DNA of 47,396 nucleotides from Thermoplasmata archaeon (lineage in GTDB: Archaea > Thermoplasmatota > Thermoplasmata > GCA-020350865): contig CP070751.1 of assembly GCA_020348445.1 (NCBI GenBank), forward strand, positions 3,318,841 through 3,366,236, in the 5' to 3' direction. The position numbers and the translations under genes are program-made. This document shows, piece after piece, positions 36,732-47,282 of the stretch. How positions within the stretch are numbered: position 1 is the stretch's first letter; each line of letters opens with the position of its first letter. The notes below the pieces were generated by a model. It saw only the letters and a program-made list of their open reading frames with translations, was not told the origin of the DNA and searched no databases.

Positions 36732-36811
36732 GAAGAGTAAAAGATTTTGGGGAGAATAAGTTTATTTCTGTTGGTATAATGTACACCTCAATTCCATTAA
36801 AACATCCTTTT

Positions 36812-37492
36812 CTAAGTGGTCCTATTATTTCCTTCTTCTCCCATTATCTCCTTTAATTTCTCCTTTTGATCCTCAGATAGTCTCTCGATTTGTTTTTTTG
36901 ATTGCTCCATCAGAAATTTGAGAGCAAGTCCGTTAATTACAGGTAAAAGCATTGCAGTTGAAATCCTTGCCTCAAAATCCTCCTTTGCATCACATCTTGC
37001 TTTCTTTAAAGTTTCCTCGCTCATCTTTCCGCATCCGATTCCAGGACAGCTTTTATCCTTGAGAAAATATTTATCACCATCGTATCCCAGAGGGAAGGAT
37101 TTGCAGTAAAGTGGTATGGAAAAGTAGATGTTGCATATCTTGTTTTGCTCATCATATAAGGGGCAGCCTTCTTCTGCTTTCCCCTCCTCGGTTTCGGGTT
37201 TCTTCAACGATATTTGTACGTGATCGTTGTTTTTGATCTCTATTTCAAGGAATTGATAAACAGAAGGAAGTGTCATATCTTCGTTCCACCGGGATAGATC
37301 AGCCATACTGATGATCACTGCCTCCTTTTTCTCACAGCACTTACCGCACTTCTGACACTCAAAAACGTATTTTCCACGGTCTTTCTTCGTCTTTTTAGTT
37401 TCCATCTCTTCATCTGTTTTGGCTTCTGATTCGTCTTTTGGCTCATCTTTCTCTGTCTCATTTTCAGAAGGAGTTTCCTTTATCAATTTCAT
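36812..37492 (-). CDS. YkgJ/CxxCxxCC cysteine-cluster protein
   Basis: FECQKCGKCC, CPLYD...CNIY...PLYCKSFP, CPGIG. Confidence 0.88.
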   Translation of the reverse strand: MKLIKETPSENETEKDEPKDESEAKTDEEMETKKTKKDRGKYVFECQKCGKCCEKKEAVIISMADLSRWNEDMTLPSVYQFLEIEIKNNDHVQISLKKPETEEGKAEEGCPLYDEQNKICNIYFSIPLYCKSFPLGYDGDKYFLKDKSCPGIGCGKMSEETLKKARCDAKEDFEARISTAMLLPVINGLALKFLMEQSKKQIERLSEDQKEKLKEIMGEEGNNRTT

Positions 37493-37610
37493 CCCCCAAA
37501 CTCCTCATAAATACGCTTTTTTTGATAAATATTTTACTCTATAAAATGTGGATACGCTACCCTAAGAACAAAAAATAGCTCCAAACCACCCAAGGCGAAT
37601 TATGGACGCC

Positions 37611-37709
37611 TTAATATCGATTACTTCGCCTCCACTGATAATAAGGCATCACGTATTTTTTGTAAACATCCTGAAGGATCAAGTACTCTCGTCTGCCGTC
37701 CTCACTCAC
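37611..37709 (-). CDS. Possible 32-aa small protein
   Basis: GAGGTG RBS 6 nt before GTG; MSEDGRREYLILQDVYKKYVMPYYQWRRSNRY*. Confidence 0.4.
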   Translation of the reverse strand: MSEDGRREYLILQDVYKKYVMPYYQWRRSNRY

Positions 37710-37778
37710 ACTGAACACCTCTGGAATATTGAGGTAATGGGCCCATCTTTGGGGCCCAAACACCCGTATTTTAATTGT

Positions 37779-38072
37779 TTAAGCCTCTGCTTGTGCTTCT
37801 TCGGCTCTGACGAACTCTAGGAGATCGTAGTCGGCACGTCTTGAAATTGGTATTCCCAAGTTCTCGGCGATATTTGTTAGATCATTTATGACTCGCCTTA
37901 TGCCCTCAACGTCTTCCCCTTGGAACTCCAGCGTATCTGCAATTTCTTCCAGATCAGAAATAGTGTGGGTTTTAAGCCACCTTCGCTGTTCAGGTGTTGC
38001 ACCGCGGAGATACGGGTTCATTGAATCCTTTGCACGTCTAATTTTTCTCTTTTTCACTACATTCATGGGCAT
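37779..38072 (-). CDS. Hypothetical protein (97 aa, basic N-terminus)
   Basis: RBS-like AGGATGG; protein-like composition; fills an otherwise empty region. Confidence 0.6.
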   Translation of the reverse strand: MPMNVVKKRKIRRAKDSMNPYLRGATPEQRRWLKTHTISDLEEIADTLEFQGEDVEGIRRVINDLTNIAENLGIPISRRADYDLLEFVRAEEAQAEA

Positions 38073-38123
38073 CCCATCCTATTGGGTTTTATTCTGCGTG
38101 CGATGCAAATGTCGCTACGTCAT

Positions 38124-38261
38124 TTGTCAGACACTTTGTCTGCTATATGCCTATATGTAAGTTATAGTATATATAATTTTTGTCGGTTTGATGAATATTC
38201 CGTGGTTTTAAAGCCAATATTAAATATATATTATGACAAATCATCGTATTTTGTCTGACAA
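38124..38261. promoter_or_regulatory. TTGTC-N-GACAA palindromes in a divergent promoter region
   Basis: Perfect TTGTCTGACAA at 38251-38261; TTGTCAGACAC at 38124-38134; half-sites at 38136, 38180 and 38234. Confidence 0.45.
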
Positions 38262-38346
38262 GAACAATAAATATCGCTAAAAAAATAAATACCGAAGGCT
38301 TTAAAGCTTACTAAATACTATTAGATTCTTAGTTTGGTGGGGGAAA

Positions 38347-41300
38347 ATGGTGAAAAAGAAGAAGATTACAGCTGTTGCTACCAAGGAGAGATTCACCCCA
38401 AAAAGGCCAAAATATCTCCTGGAATCTGGTAATGATTGCATTCTATCTGGAAAAGAGGCCGAGGCAATCGCACACTTTCGGGAGACTATGGATTATCTTG
38501 ACTCGCATAAGGATGAATTACCCTCCCACAAAACCGATGCCCTGGAATTGTACAAAGATCTTGGCCAGGCCCTCATTAAGGTCAATAGGCTAAATGATGC
38601 CCTAAAAGTATTTGAAAAAGCTCTTCATCTCGAGCCAAGGAATGTCGATTGCTGGGCATTGCGAGGAAAGGTCTTGGTTTTGTTAACCTCAAAGATGCAC
38701 AGTGATGCTGTAAAATCATTTGATACTGCCTTGAAAATCGAGCCTAAAGACAAAAAAGCTTTGGATTTTAAAGGAGAGGCTTATGAGGGGATGAACAGGC
38801 CTGATTTGGCAAAAGAATGCTATTTATCTATATTGGAATACCATCCAAATGAGATGGAATTCTATGATAGAATCCTGAGACTCACCCCAGAGGATACAAA
38901 CATATGGGTAATGAAGGGGAAAGTCCTCTCTGAGAAAGGGAAATTTCAGGATGCACTGGAATGTTATGACCAAGCCCTAAAGATAGATACAAAGGATAAG
39001 GATATATGGGCCAAAAGAGCCGAGATTCTTGGAAAAATGGAGGATTACGATGAAGCTACTTTAAGCTTCAAGAAGGGAATAGAGTTAGATGATAAGGATA
39101 AGCTGCTTTGGAAGGGATTGGGATCTATTCTTCATTTAAATGGTTCATTAAAAGAAGCACAAGATGCATATGAAAATGCTATAAAATTGGATGAGGAAGA
39201 CATGGAGCTATGGAACAATAAGGGTTTGGTACTCTTTGAAATGGAAAAATTCGAAGAAGCTGTAAATGATTACGAAAAAGCCCTCTCATTGGCACCAGAT
39301 AATATCCCTACCCTCGAAAACAAAAAAAAGGCATTGATGGCACTTCCAATGCACGAGGATGTTTTAATAGTATGCGATAGGATCATAGAGCTCGATTCAA
39401 AGAACATCCAGGCAAAAAATGACAAAGGATCGGTATTGCTCATTTTAGGAAGGCACGAAGAGGCCATAGAGCTTTTTAATGATGTGCTGGCTTTAGAGCC
39501 AAGAGATTTGAAAACCCTCATAAACAAAAAACAAGCTTATTGGAATCTGAACCAACTAGAAGAGGTTCTTAAGACCTGCGAAACCATCTTGGAATTATTC
39601 CCCAATGAGTTGGATACATGGATTGACATGGGTTATATACAAGAAGAGCTCGGGGACAATGAACAGGCAGTTTCATCCTACGACAAAGCCTTGGAGATAG
39701 AGTCTGAGAATCTGGAAATTTTAATTAAAAAGAAGAATGTATTGAAAAAATTGGACAAATACGAGGAGATAATAAACACTTGCGAAAGAATACTGGGTAT
39801 CGAATCCAAAAATACCGAGGCTTTGGAAGACAAGGGTGCTTCACTCGTGAATCTTAAAAGAAGCGAAGAGGCAATAGATATCTTTGATACACTATTGGAA
39901 ATAAATCCTGATAACTTGAATGCACTCTTTAATAAAGGAGTTGCCTTAAGCCGCACTGGGGCCTATGAGGAAGCAGTAAAATACTATGATTATGCCTTGA
40001 AGATCAAGTCCGACAGTAAAGATATTTTTGAAAATAAGGGTGATGCCTTAAAACACCTGGAGAATTATGAGGATGCAGTAAGCTGCTATGACAAAGCACT
40101 TGCACTCGATGAGAATGATGTTAATCTATGGGACAAGAGAGGAAAGATTCTACTTGCCAAAGAGAATTACCAAGAAGTACTTGTCTCCTACGAAAAGGCA
40201 TTTGCCATAGATCCAGAAAATCCTGAATACCCTTACTTAAAAGGCTTATCTTTGGAGAAATTGGATCGTAATGAGGAGGCTCTAGAATCCTTTGATTTGG
40301 CATTAGTTCTGAATGAAAGATATGAGGATGCTTTACTTGGTAAAGGCTTAATTTTGGTGAATATGAAAAGAGATTACGAGGGCTTGGACACATTGAACAA
40401 GGTGCTTGATGTAAATTCAGAAAACTTCAAAGCCTTGGATAAAAAAAGGGAAGTTCTCAAGATCCTTGAAAATTTTAAGGAGCTTGACATAACATGCGAT
40501 AAAATTCTTGCCCTTGCCCCAAATAACGCCAGGGCATGGGAGGACAAGGCATATGCATTGACAAAGCTAGGAAAGCATGACAATGCCCTCTCGGCTTACG
40601 ATAAAGCTCTGGCCCTTGAGCCTGAGAACCTGAAAATATGGATTATGAAGAAGGATGCCTTAAAAATCCTAGGAAAAAATGAGGATGTGGTTTATACATG
40701 CGATAAGATTCTTGCGCAGGATCCAAAAAATATCGATGCACTGAGAGATTGCAGCGAGGCATTGGAAAAATTAAAAAGATACGAGAGGGCAATAAAAATA
40801 TATGATCATATTCTTGATTCTCACCCAAAAGACATAACTGCGTTTCACAACAAAGCAAGAGCCCTGGTAAAATTAAAACGATATGAGGAATCAATAAAAT
40901 GCTATGATAAAGCTTTGGATTTGGGGGATAATAAGAAGGCGCTCTTAAATGATAAAGGGATTGTACTTACAGAAATGGAAGAGTACGAAAGTGCCATTAA
41001 ATGCTTTGATTCTGCCTTGAATATAGATTCCGAAGATGACAATATCTTGACTAATAAGGCTCTCACTTTGTATAAAGCGCACATGTATGATGGGGCCTTG
41101 GAGGCATTCAACAGGGCAATAGAGCTTAATAGCGGCAAGACAGGGGACAGAAAGGGCATAAGAAAAGGCATAATCGTTGAGATAAAAATTTTCAGTGAAA
41201 TCGTAAATTACTTGGAAGAAGGGGATGAAAAGAAAAAATGTCTTTCATTTATTTCAAGTGCAAAAGAGGAATTGGATAAGGACAATTACATTGGAGCTCA

Positions 41301-43476
41301 TGGACACATAGTGGACTGTAAGAACATAGTGAATGTATACAGAGAAAAATACATAAAAACTGCGGAAGATAAAATCACCACGTTAAGAGAAATGGAAGGT
41401 GATACATCAAAGTTCGATAAAATGCTCAGTGAGGTAAAATCCCTTCCTAAAGACAAGAATTACCCTGAAGCACTGTCAGTGTCAAAGAAAATCATGCAAG
41501 ATGTAGGTGAACAACAACATAACATAATAAATGATTTGATCACAGGTATAAATGATGACATGCAACTGGCAAAAGATTTTAAAATCGACGTTTTAAAAGA
41601 GAAAAAGATGCTTGCCAAAGCAAATGAAATCATGAAAAAGAAAGAGTTTTCGAAAGTATATCGCATCATCATCCAAACAAAAGAGGTGGTGCTTGCCCTA
41701 GTAAAAAGGCACAAAGAGCTCTCTGAAGCCATAAGTTCTGTAAAAGATCAAATCGAGGAAGAATGGAAAAAGGGAGTGGACCTGTCAGGTCCCATTAAGA
41801 AGATAAAAGCCGCAGAAGAAGCACTGGAAGCTCAGGATTTTGATTCTACATCTAAAAAAATCGAAGAATGTAAAAGCGATATTAAGCAACTTACCACGGT
41901 GCATTTAACAAATGAGAAAATTATTCAAATAAAAGAGTACATAGATATATTAAGAGATTTAATGATAGACACTTCTGATATTGAACTACAGCTAAATAAG
42001 TCGATCATTTATCTGGAGGATGAACAATACGAGAATGCATATAAATCAGCGCAAGAAACCATAAAAAATGCAGAGAGAATATGCAATTCAAAGATATCAG
42101 AGATGCTTTCTTCTGCATATTCAAGGATGATAGAGGCAAAAAGGACAGGTATAGAAGCGGTGACTGTGGAGGTTCTAATTCAAAAGGCTAGAGACACCCA
42201 AGAGCAAAATCTGTACAAGAAAGCGGCAAAATACACATTGCAAAGCCTTAATGAGATCGAGGAGATAAAGGATGAGAGCCTAAGAGCTGCCAACATCATC
42301 AATCTTACTAGAGATTATATCCAAGAGGCAGAGAATATAAAAGCCGATGTTACCGAGGCTGAGAAACTGCGGATAAAGGCACTTTCTGAGCTTGAGAACA
42401 ACGAATATATAATCTCCATAGAGCTCAGTAAAAAATGCATCAGACTGGCAAAAAGGGAAATGGAAAAAAAGGTATCTGAGTCTATTGATCTATTCCAATC
42501 CATGATAGATAAGTCCAAAAGTGAAGGAAAGGATGTTATCAAGGCCAACAAACTGCTTACGGAGGCGAAGATCGCATTGGAAGATCAAGATTTTACCAAT
42601 GCTTTAAAACTAGCAATGGAAAGCGAAAGCGAACTTGGTAAATCAGATATACAAAAAAAGATGGTATCTGAAATCCTCAACATGACCAATACAATCCTGA
42701 AAAAAACGGAGGGAAAATCCATTGAGTCAAAGGAAGTTAAAGCGCTTTTGTCCAATGCCACTTCGGCTCTAGAAAACGATCACTATGCTAAGGCTCTTGG
42801 GTTCGCCTTACAGAGCAATATTGAGTTATTAGAGGCTACAAAGGAGTATGATAGAGCGCAAACGACCCTATCCGCAGCTTTGGCCAGAATGAAAGAGGGC
42901 ACAGATATGGGCGTGGATATTAAATTGGTAAAAGAACTTTTTGAGGACGCAAAGAAGGCATTTGATGAAAGTAAGTATTCAACTGCCATTAAGGTCGCCA
43001 AAGAAACCATAAGAAAGGCAAACCAGTCGTATGAAGAACACCTACAAAAACCTATTGAGAGTTGCGAAAAGCTCATTTTAACTGCCGAATCACTTGGCGT
43101 GGATGTTTCAAGGGCAGTCAACATGGTAAGCGAGGCAAAGGCCGCATTAAAGGAGGGTTTCTATTTACAGGTTTCATCATTCACAGAGAGTTCCAGGAAA
43201 CTTGTTGAAAAAGAGATAAGAAAGAACCTGTTCGAAAAACTATTTGCTACAAAGGCTGAAATGGAATCAGCAAAGAAAGAAGGCATCGATATCACACATG
43301 CCATGGTCTTGGTAGAGAGTGCAGAAACATCCCTCGAGAACAAAGAATATATTGATGCTGTAAACTACTTCCAAAAATTAATGAAAACCTATGGGGCTGA
43401 AGAAACAAAAGCACCAATTGAGGGAGAAAAGTCCCTGGGTGAGGTAAATGTCAAGGCTAAGAAGGAGCGAGAATAA
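38347..43476 (+). CDS. 1709-aa protein: long N-terminal TPR array plus C-terminal non-TPR helical repeat region
   Basis: More than 20 TPR-like units (W..KG..L..LG...EA...YDKAL.L.P.N) up to about aa 930, then K/E/A-rich amphipathic helical repeats (A..AL...DY..A...A). Confidence 0.9.
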   Translation: MVKKKKITAVATKERFTPKRPKYLLESGNDCILSGKEAEAIAHFRETMDYLDSHKDELPSHKTDALELYKDLGQALIKVNRLNDALKVFEKALHLEPRNVDCWALRGKVLVLLTSKMHSDAVKSFDTALKIEPKDKKALDFKGEAYEGMNRPDLAKECYLSILEYHPNEMEFYDRILRLTPEDTNIWVMKGKVLSEKGKFQDALECYDQALKIDTKDKDIWAKRAEILGKMEDYDEATLSFKKGIELDDKDKLLWKGLGSILHLNGSLKEAQDAYENAIKLDEEDMELWNNKGLVLFEMEKFEEAVNDYEKALSLAPDNIPTLENKKKALMALPMHEDVLIVCDRIIELDSKNIQAKNDKGSVLLILGRHEEAIELFNDVLALEPRDLKTLINKKQAYWNLNQLEEVLKTCETILELFPNELDTWIDMGYIQEELGDNEQAVSSYDKALEIESENLEILIKKKNVLKKLDKYEEIINTCERILGIESKNTEALEDKGASLVNLKRSEEAIDIFDTLLEINPDNLNALFNKGVALSRTGAYEEAVKYYDYALKIKSDSKDIFENKGDALKHLENYEDAVSCYDKALALDENDVNLWDKRGKILLAKENYQEVLVSYEKAFAIDPENPEYPYLKGLSLEKLDRNEEALESFDLALVLNERYEDALLGKGLILVNMKRDYEGLDTLNKVLDVNSENFKALDKKREVLKILENFKELDITCDKILALAPNNARAWEDKAYALTKLGKHDNALSAYDKALALEPENLKIWIMKKDALKILGKNEDVVYTCDKILAQDPKNIDALRDCSEALEKLKRYERAIKIYDHILDSHPKDITAFHNKARALVKLKRYEESIKCYDKALDLGDNKKALLNDKGIVLTEMEEYESAIKCFDSALNIDSEDDNILTNKALTLYKAHMYDGALEAFNRAIELNSGKTGDRKGIRKGIIVEIKIFSEIVNYLEEGDEKKKCLSFISSAKEELDKDNYIGAHGHIVDCKNIVNVYREKYIKTAEDKITTLREMEGDTSKFDKMLSEVKSLPKDKNYPEALSVSKKIMQDVGEQQHNIINDLITGINDDMQLAKDFKIDVLKEKKMLAKANEIMKKKEFSKVYRIIIQTKEVVLALVKRHKELSEAISSVKDQIEEEWKKGVDLSGPIKKIKAAEEALEAQDFDSTSKKIEECKSDIKQLTTVHLTNEKIIQIKEYIDILRDLMIDTSDIELQLNKSIIYLEDEQYENAYKSAQETIKNAERICNSKISEMLSSAYSRMIEAKRTGIEAVTVEVLIQKARDTQEQNLYKKAAKYTLQSLNEIEEIKDESLRAANIINLTRDYIQEAENIKADVTEAEKLRIKALSELENNEYIISIELSKKCIRLAKREMEKKVSESIDLFQSMIDKSKSEGKDVIKANKLLTEAKIALEDQDFTNALKLAMESESELGKSDIQKKMVSEILNMTNTILKKTEGKSIESKEVKALLSNATSALENDHYAKALGFALQSNIELLEATKEYDRAQTTLSAALARMKEGTDMGVDIKLVKELFEDAKKAFDESKYSTAIKVAKETIRKANQSYEEHLQKPIESCEKLILTAESLGVDVSRAVNMVSEAKAALKEGFYLQVSSFTESSRKLVEKEIRKNLFEKLFATKAEMESAKKEGIDITHAMVLVESAETSLENKEYIDAVNYFQKLMKTYGAEETKAPIEGEKSLGEVNVKAKKERE

Positions 43477-43525
43477 CTTGATGGACTCCAATTCACAATT
43501 TTTTAATTTAATAAGTAAATGAACA

Positions 43526-44851
43526 TCAAGTATCAGAGTCTTCTCCATTTACCACATTTTTCAAAGAATCATTCTCTTTATTCTCTTTCTTCCCTATTTG
43601 GAGATTTTGTTTTCCAGATTTTCTTGTGACAAAAATTATTGCTATTATGGCAATAAGAAGACCTAAGATTCCCATTATAAATGCACCAAATGTAACATAG
43701 TTATCTGACTCATCTTTATCGTCTTTAAGTTTTTCTATTTCCGTTGACATGTTGATTAGTTCATTATTGAAAACAGCATTCTCATATTCTAGCTGAATAA
43801 TCTCATTGTTGAGGTTTGTGTTTTCTAACGTTAGATTTCCAATTTCTGAAGAGAGGTTATTAATTTCATTCCTGAGTTTAATATTTTCAGATTCAAGCAG
43901 AAAGACCTGATTCACGAGGCTTGTATCATCATATTCGGAAGGCATACTATTCTTAATCTCAGTGATGTTCTGGCTCAGATTATTAATATGTTGCGTTGTT
44001 ATATCAATTTGATACTGGATCTCCGAAAGTTCGGTTACATTCGTAGTTAAGTTTTCTAAAGACTGGTATAAATTATAAATATCAGCCCCAATTATAGTTA
44101 AATCATTCTTTATTAGAGTTATATTCTCATTTGTAGTAATATTGAGGTTCGCAATTTCATTAAGTAAATTTGTAAGTGATCCATTAAATTGATTATAGAA
44201 AGACCATAATTCTGTGACATTCTCTGTTAACTCATTTTGTGTCAAATTAAGTTCATTAATTAAATTGTTTAATTTTGTTATCTCACTATTAAGTGTATCG
44301 AATTGATTCTGAATTTCAATTAGATTTGTGAGACTCGGAGTATAATTAATAATTATATCATTAAAATATAACTTTGAATCTGGGACCTTGAATCGAATTT
44401 CAATGCTATCTAAACTGAGATTTAATTGAGAAAAATGTGGTGTATCATTATATCCCGAAAATAGCCTCCCAATATTAGCACCAAAAAATAAACTTATTGA
44501 ATAATTGGTAGTTCCTCCACCAAAATTAGGTAAAACAGTGATATTATTCACATAGAGTGGATGTGGAAAGTATAAGGTTATTTTCCAAGTTGAAGAAAAA
44601 TAGCTCCCATTAATTCCAGTACTTGTATTACCGTCGAATATAGCAGTAATATTCTCATACATTTGGTCATCTGAACAGTCACCTAATTCTAAAAATGAAC
44701 CCGAGGTATAATTGTACCAGATTGAAGATAAATCCGGTTTTGATACCTTTTCACCAATATTAAAAGTTTCCGCATTCGCACTTGTCATAACCACACCACT
44801 TAAAATCCCTATCATAAATAGGGCTATCATAAATCTTCCTCTTATTTTCAT
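43526..44851 (-). CDS. Secreted/anchored protein: N-terminal beta domain, N/L/E/T-rich coiled-coil stalk, C-terminal TM
   Basis: Signal peptide ending ANA; AIFDGNTSTG (discoidin-like opening); heptads rich in N-x-S/T sequons; TM + RK. Confidence 0.75.
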   Translation of the reverse strand: MKIRGRFMIALFMIGILSGVVMTSANAETFNIGEKVSKPDLSSIWYNYTSGSFLELGDCSDDQMYENITAIFDGNTSTGINGSYFSSTWKITLYFPHPLYVNNITVLPNFGGGTTNYSISLFFGANIGRLFSGYNDTPHFSQLNLSLDSIEIRFKVPDSKLYFNDIIINYTPSLTNLIEIQNQFDTLNSEITKLNNLINELNLTQNELTENVTELWSFYNQFNGSLTNLLNEIANLNITTNENITLIKNDLTIIGADIYNLYQSLENLTTNVTELSEIQYQIDITTQHINNLSQNITEIKNSMPSEYDDTSLVNQVFLLESENIKLRNEINNLSSEIGNLTLENTNLNNEIIQLEYENAVFNNELINMSTEIEKLKDDKDESDNYVTFGAFIMGILGLLIAIIAIIFVTRKSGKQNLQIGKKENKENDSLKNVVNGEDSDT

Positions 44852-45257
44852 AATATCCCTCGTGTGTTGTATTATTTCAGTGATATATAATACTTTTTCA
44901 AATAATTCCGAGGGTCTTTATGTTATAAAGGTTCCTCCATTTAATATTGTTAAGAAAAATGTTTTACATGTGGATTGGTATTACTAATAGGGATTAACTC
45001 CAATTCATATATCATAGGAATTGAAACGTAAAATAAATAGTGACAATTATCATGTAATAAAGTGTATATTAAGTATAAAAAATAAATTAATGAAATGGGG
45101 TGGAGGGGAGGGAGAAACCCAGTGCTATAATAAAAACTGTACTAAATATGATTTGTTAAAATTTTACTAATTTAAAAGCACATTGATGGTGTTATAGTTA
45201 TTTACTAATTGAGATAATAATTAGATATTCGTTCAAAAATAGTAAAAAAGATTATAG

Positions 45258-45290
45258 ATCAGGGACTAATAATAAAGTCCCTGATTTTTT
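45258..45290. terminator. Intrinsic-type hairpin terminator
   Basis: ATCAGGGACT-AATAATAA-AGTCCCTGAT (perfect 10-bp stem) with a T-run on + and an A-run upstream; about 50 nt after the stop of the fibre-like gene. Confidence 0.7.
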
Positions 45291-45335
45291 CGAGTATGAT
45301 TGGGGTTTATTTTGTTATTCAAGGTTCTTAGATCA

Positions 45336-47282
45336 TTAAAAGTCTGCAATAGTAACGTCTGTTCCAGAGCTGTTTCTAGCTATCAGATCGCTCCCATTAA
45401 AGAAGATGACCACTGACCCAGATGGAGGATCATCTGGATCTATTGATGCCGAAAAATGTAATCTCTCGTTAGTTCCATCTCCGATTGTCAATTTGTAGTC
45501 CGGATCTGTTGTCCCGATACCAACTTTGGCGCCCCTTATACACATTGCTTTCAAGTTGTTTGAGTATATATCCAATTCCCCATCGGCTGCAGAATTCATA
45601 CCTGTATCAGTATCCCCTATTGCTAAATCAATTGTAGGTGTTCCCCCAAAGGCATTATTGTCAACATAGAGGCTTCCTTTCACATCTAATGTTGCTAACG
45701 GTCCGTTTGTTCCAATACCAATTTTTTGCGCAGCAGCATCTACAAAGAACATGTTTACATTGTTACTGCTCTCAATCCTGAAATCATAGTCATCACCGTA
45801 TTCGTTGAATACTGCCATGCCTTTGTCTACAATCAATCCATAATTATTCGTTAGTGCTCCAGATGCTGAGAAATAACCAGCCACGTTTGTTGGTGAAGCA
45901 CCGGCTCTAGTGCAGTAGATTCCATATCCTGTCCCATAATTTGCAGTGTTATCAGTTACATGCAAAGCCGCTCGCCCATCAGTATTTTTGCTTGTTGCAC
46001 GAATTTCTACCATATGGGGGGATGGGGAATCGGTTCCGAAACCGTTATAATCTCCGTGAACAATAATCCCAATATCCTCTGTTCCACCAGATGCCTGGAA
46101 ATAACCCGCAATGTTTTTGAGCGAATTCCCGGTCTTTGTACAGAAGATTCCATATCCAGTCCCGTAAATTCCACCCGACTGTGATACTTCTAAAGCTGCT
46201 CGCCCATCTTGAAGCCATTCAATATCATTAATAACTACTTTGTGGTCTGGAGTATAATCTCCGAAGCCAACATCACCACCTACAAGTAATCCATAGTTGT
46301 TCGTTCCATCCGCTGCAACGAATTCTGCAGCTACGTTTGTATCTGAAGCACCGGTTTTCCAGACCTTGATTCCATATCCTGTCCCTGGATTTGCACCATT
46401 TTGGGTCACATATATAGCTGCCCGACCAGAGGTTATATCTGAATCACGAATCTCTAATTTATGGTCTGGAGTATGATCTCCAATTCCAACGTCTCCGCGA
46501 TGTCCCGAACCTGTATGGGCTATGATCACATCTCCATCACTACTTCCTGGGTTAGAACCTCCATATATGTAGACATCACCACCGTTTCCACCGGCTCCAC
46601 CTGCTCCAGCACCGCCAAGAAGATAGAGATTACCACCTTGATAACCCGTTGGTGATCCACTGAAAGCATTGCCTCCCCGTACTGTTAAACCATAACCAAC
46701 GGAATCAGAAGAAGGTGTTTGAACGTAAATGGTGCGGGCTGAACCAGAGTCGAAGAGGATATCACCATTTATTTCCAGTTCTTCAGCTGGATACGTTACT
46801 CCTATCCCGACCCAACCTTCTACTATCAATCCATCAGTATAAGGAGCCTGGGAAGCTGCCCAGGTCGATCCTATTGTCACCCCACCTGCAACAGATAATT
46901 TGGCTGCGGGATTTTCTATTCCGATACCTACATTACCATCTGGAAATAAGTTTATATCACCGCCTGTTCCTGCTCCATCATTTGTGGTAATATCAAGTCT
47001 TCCATTACACTTACTCGCAAACTCAGCGTAATGATAATCTTCAGTATGGGCAATGTGTATTTGGGGTTCGGTTGTTAAAATTGTTAAAGATCTGACTGGA
47101 CTTGTATCGCCGATACCGACTTTGCCATCTGTCTTTACGGTAACGAAGGGATTAGTCCCTACTGTAGTCCCATCTCCTATCTGGAATAGATCATTGTCAT
47201 CGTCACCAGCATCTTCAATAACCCCTATCCAGAAATCAATCCAAGAGACATATTGGACATAGCGACTCTTGTTTATGAGGGC
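45336..47282 (-). CDS. Repetitive beta-rich fibre/adhesin-like protein; 5' end lacks a start codon
   Basis: G.VGIG motifs and three ~72-75-aa repeats. The frame is open a further 134 codons above GTG46880 (..DGKVGIGDTSP..DGNVGIGIENP..), up to TGA at 47283-47285. Confidence 0.75.
   Translation of the reverse strand, partial: ALINKSRYVQYVSWIDFWIGVIEDAGDDDNDLFQIGDGTTVGTNPFVTVKTDGKVGIGDTSPVRSLTILTTEPQIHIAHTEDYHYAEFASKCNGRLDITTNDGAGTGGDINLFPDGNVGIGIENPAAKLSVAGGVTIGSTWAASQAPYTDGLIVEGWVGIGVTYPAEELEINGDILFDSGSARTIYVQTPSSDSVGYGLTVRGGNAFSGSPTGYQGGNLYLLGGAGAGGAGGNGGDVYIYGGSNPGSSDGDVIIAHTGSGHRGDVGIGDHTPDHKLEIRDSDITSGRAAIYVTQNGANPGTGYGIKVWKTGASDTNVAAEFVAADGTNNYGLLVGGDVGFGDYTPDHKVVINDIEWLQDGRAALEVSQSGGIYGTGYGIFCTKTGNSLKNIAGYFQASGGTEDIGIIVHGDYNGFGTDSPSPHMVEIRATSKNTDGRAALHVTDNTANYGTGYGIYCTRAGASPTNVAGYFSASGALTNNYGLIVDKGMAVFNEYGDDYDFRIESSNNVNMFFVDAAAQKIGIGTNGPLATLDVKGSLYVDNNAFGGTPTIDLAIGDTDTGMNSAADGELDIYSNNLKAMCIRGAKVGIGTTDPDYKLTIGDGTNERLHFSASIDPDDPPSGSVVIFFNGSDLIARNSSGTDVTIADF

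Noticed and set aside
37602-37820. 72-aa plus-strand ORF
   Set aside because: No RBS, overlaps better-supported minus-strand ORFs.
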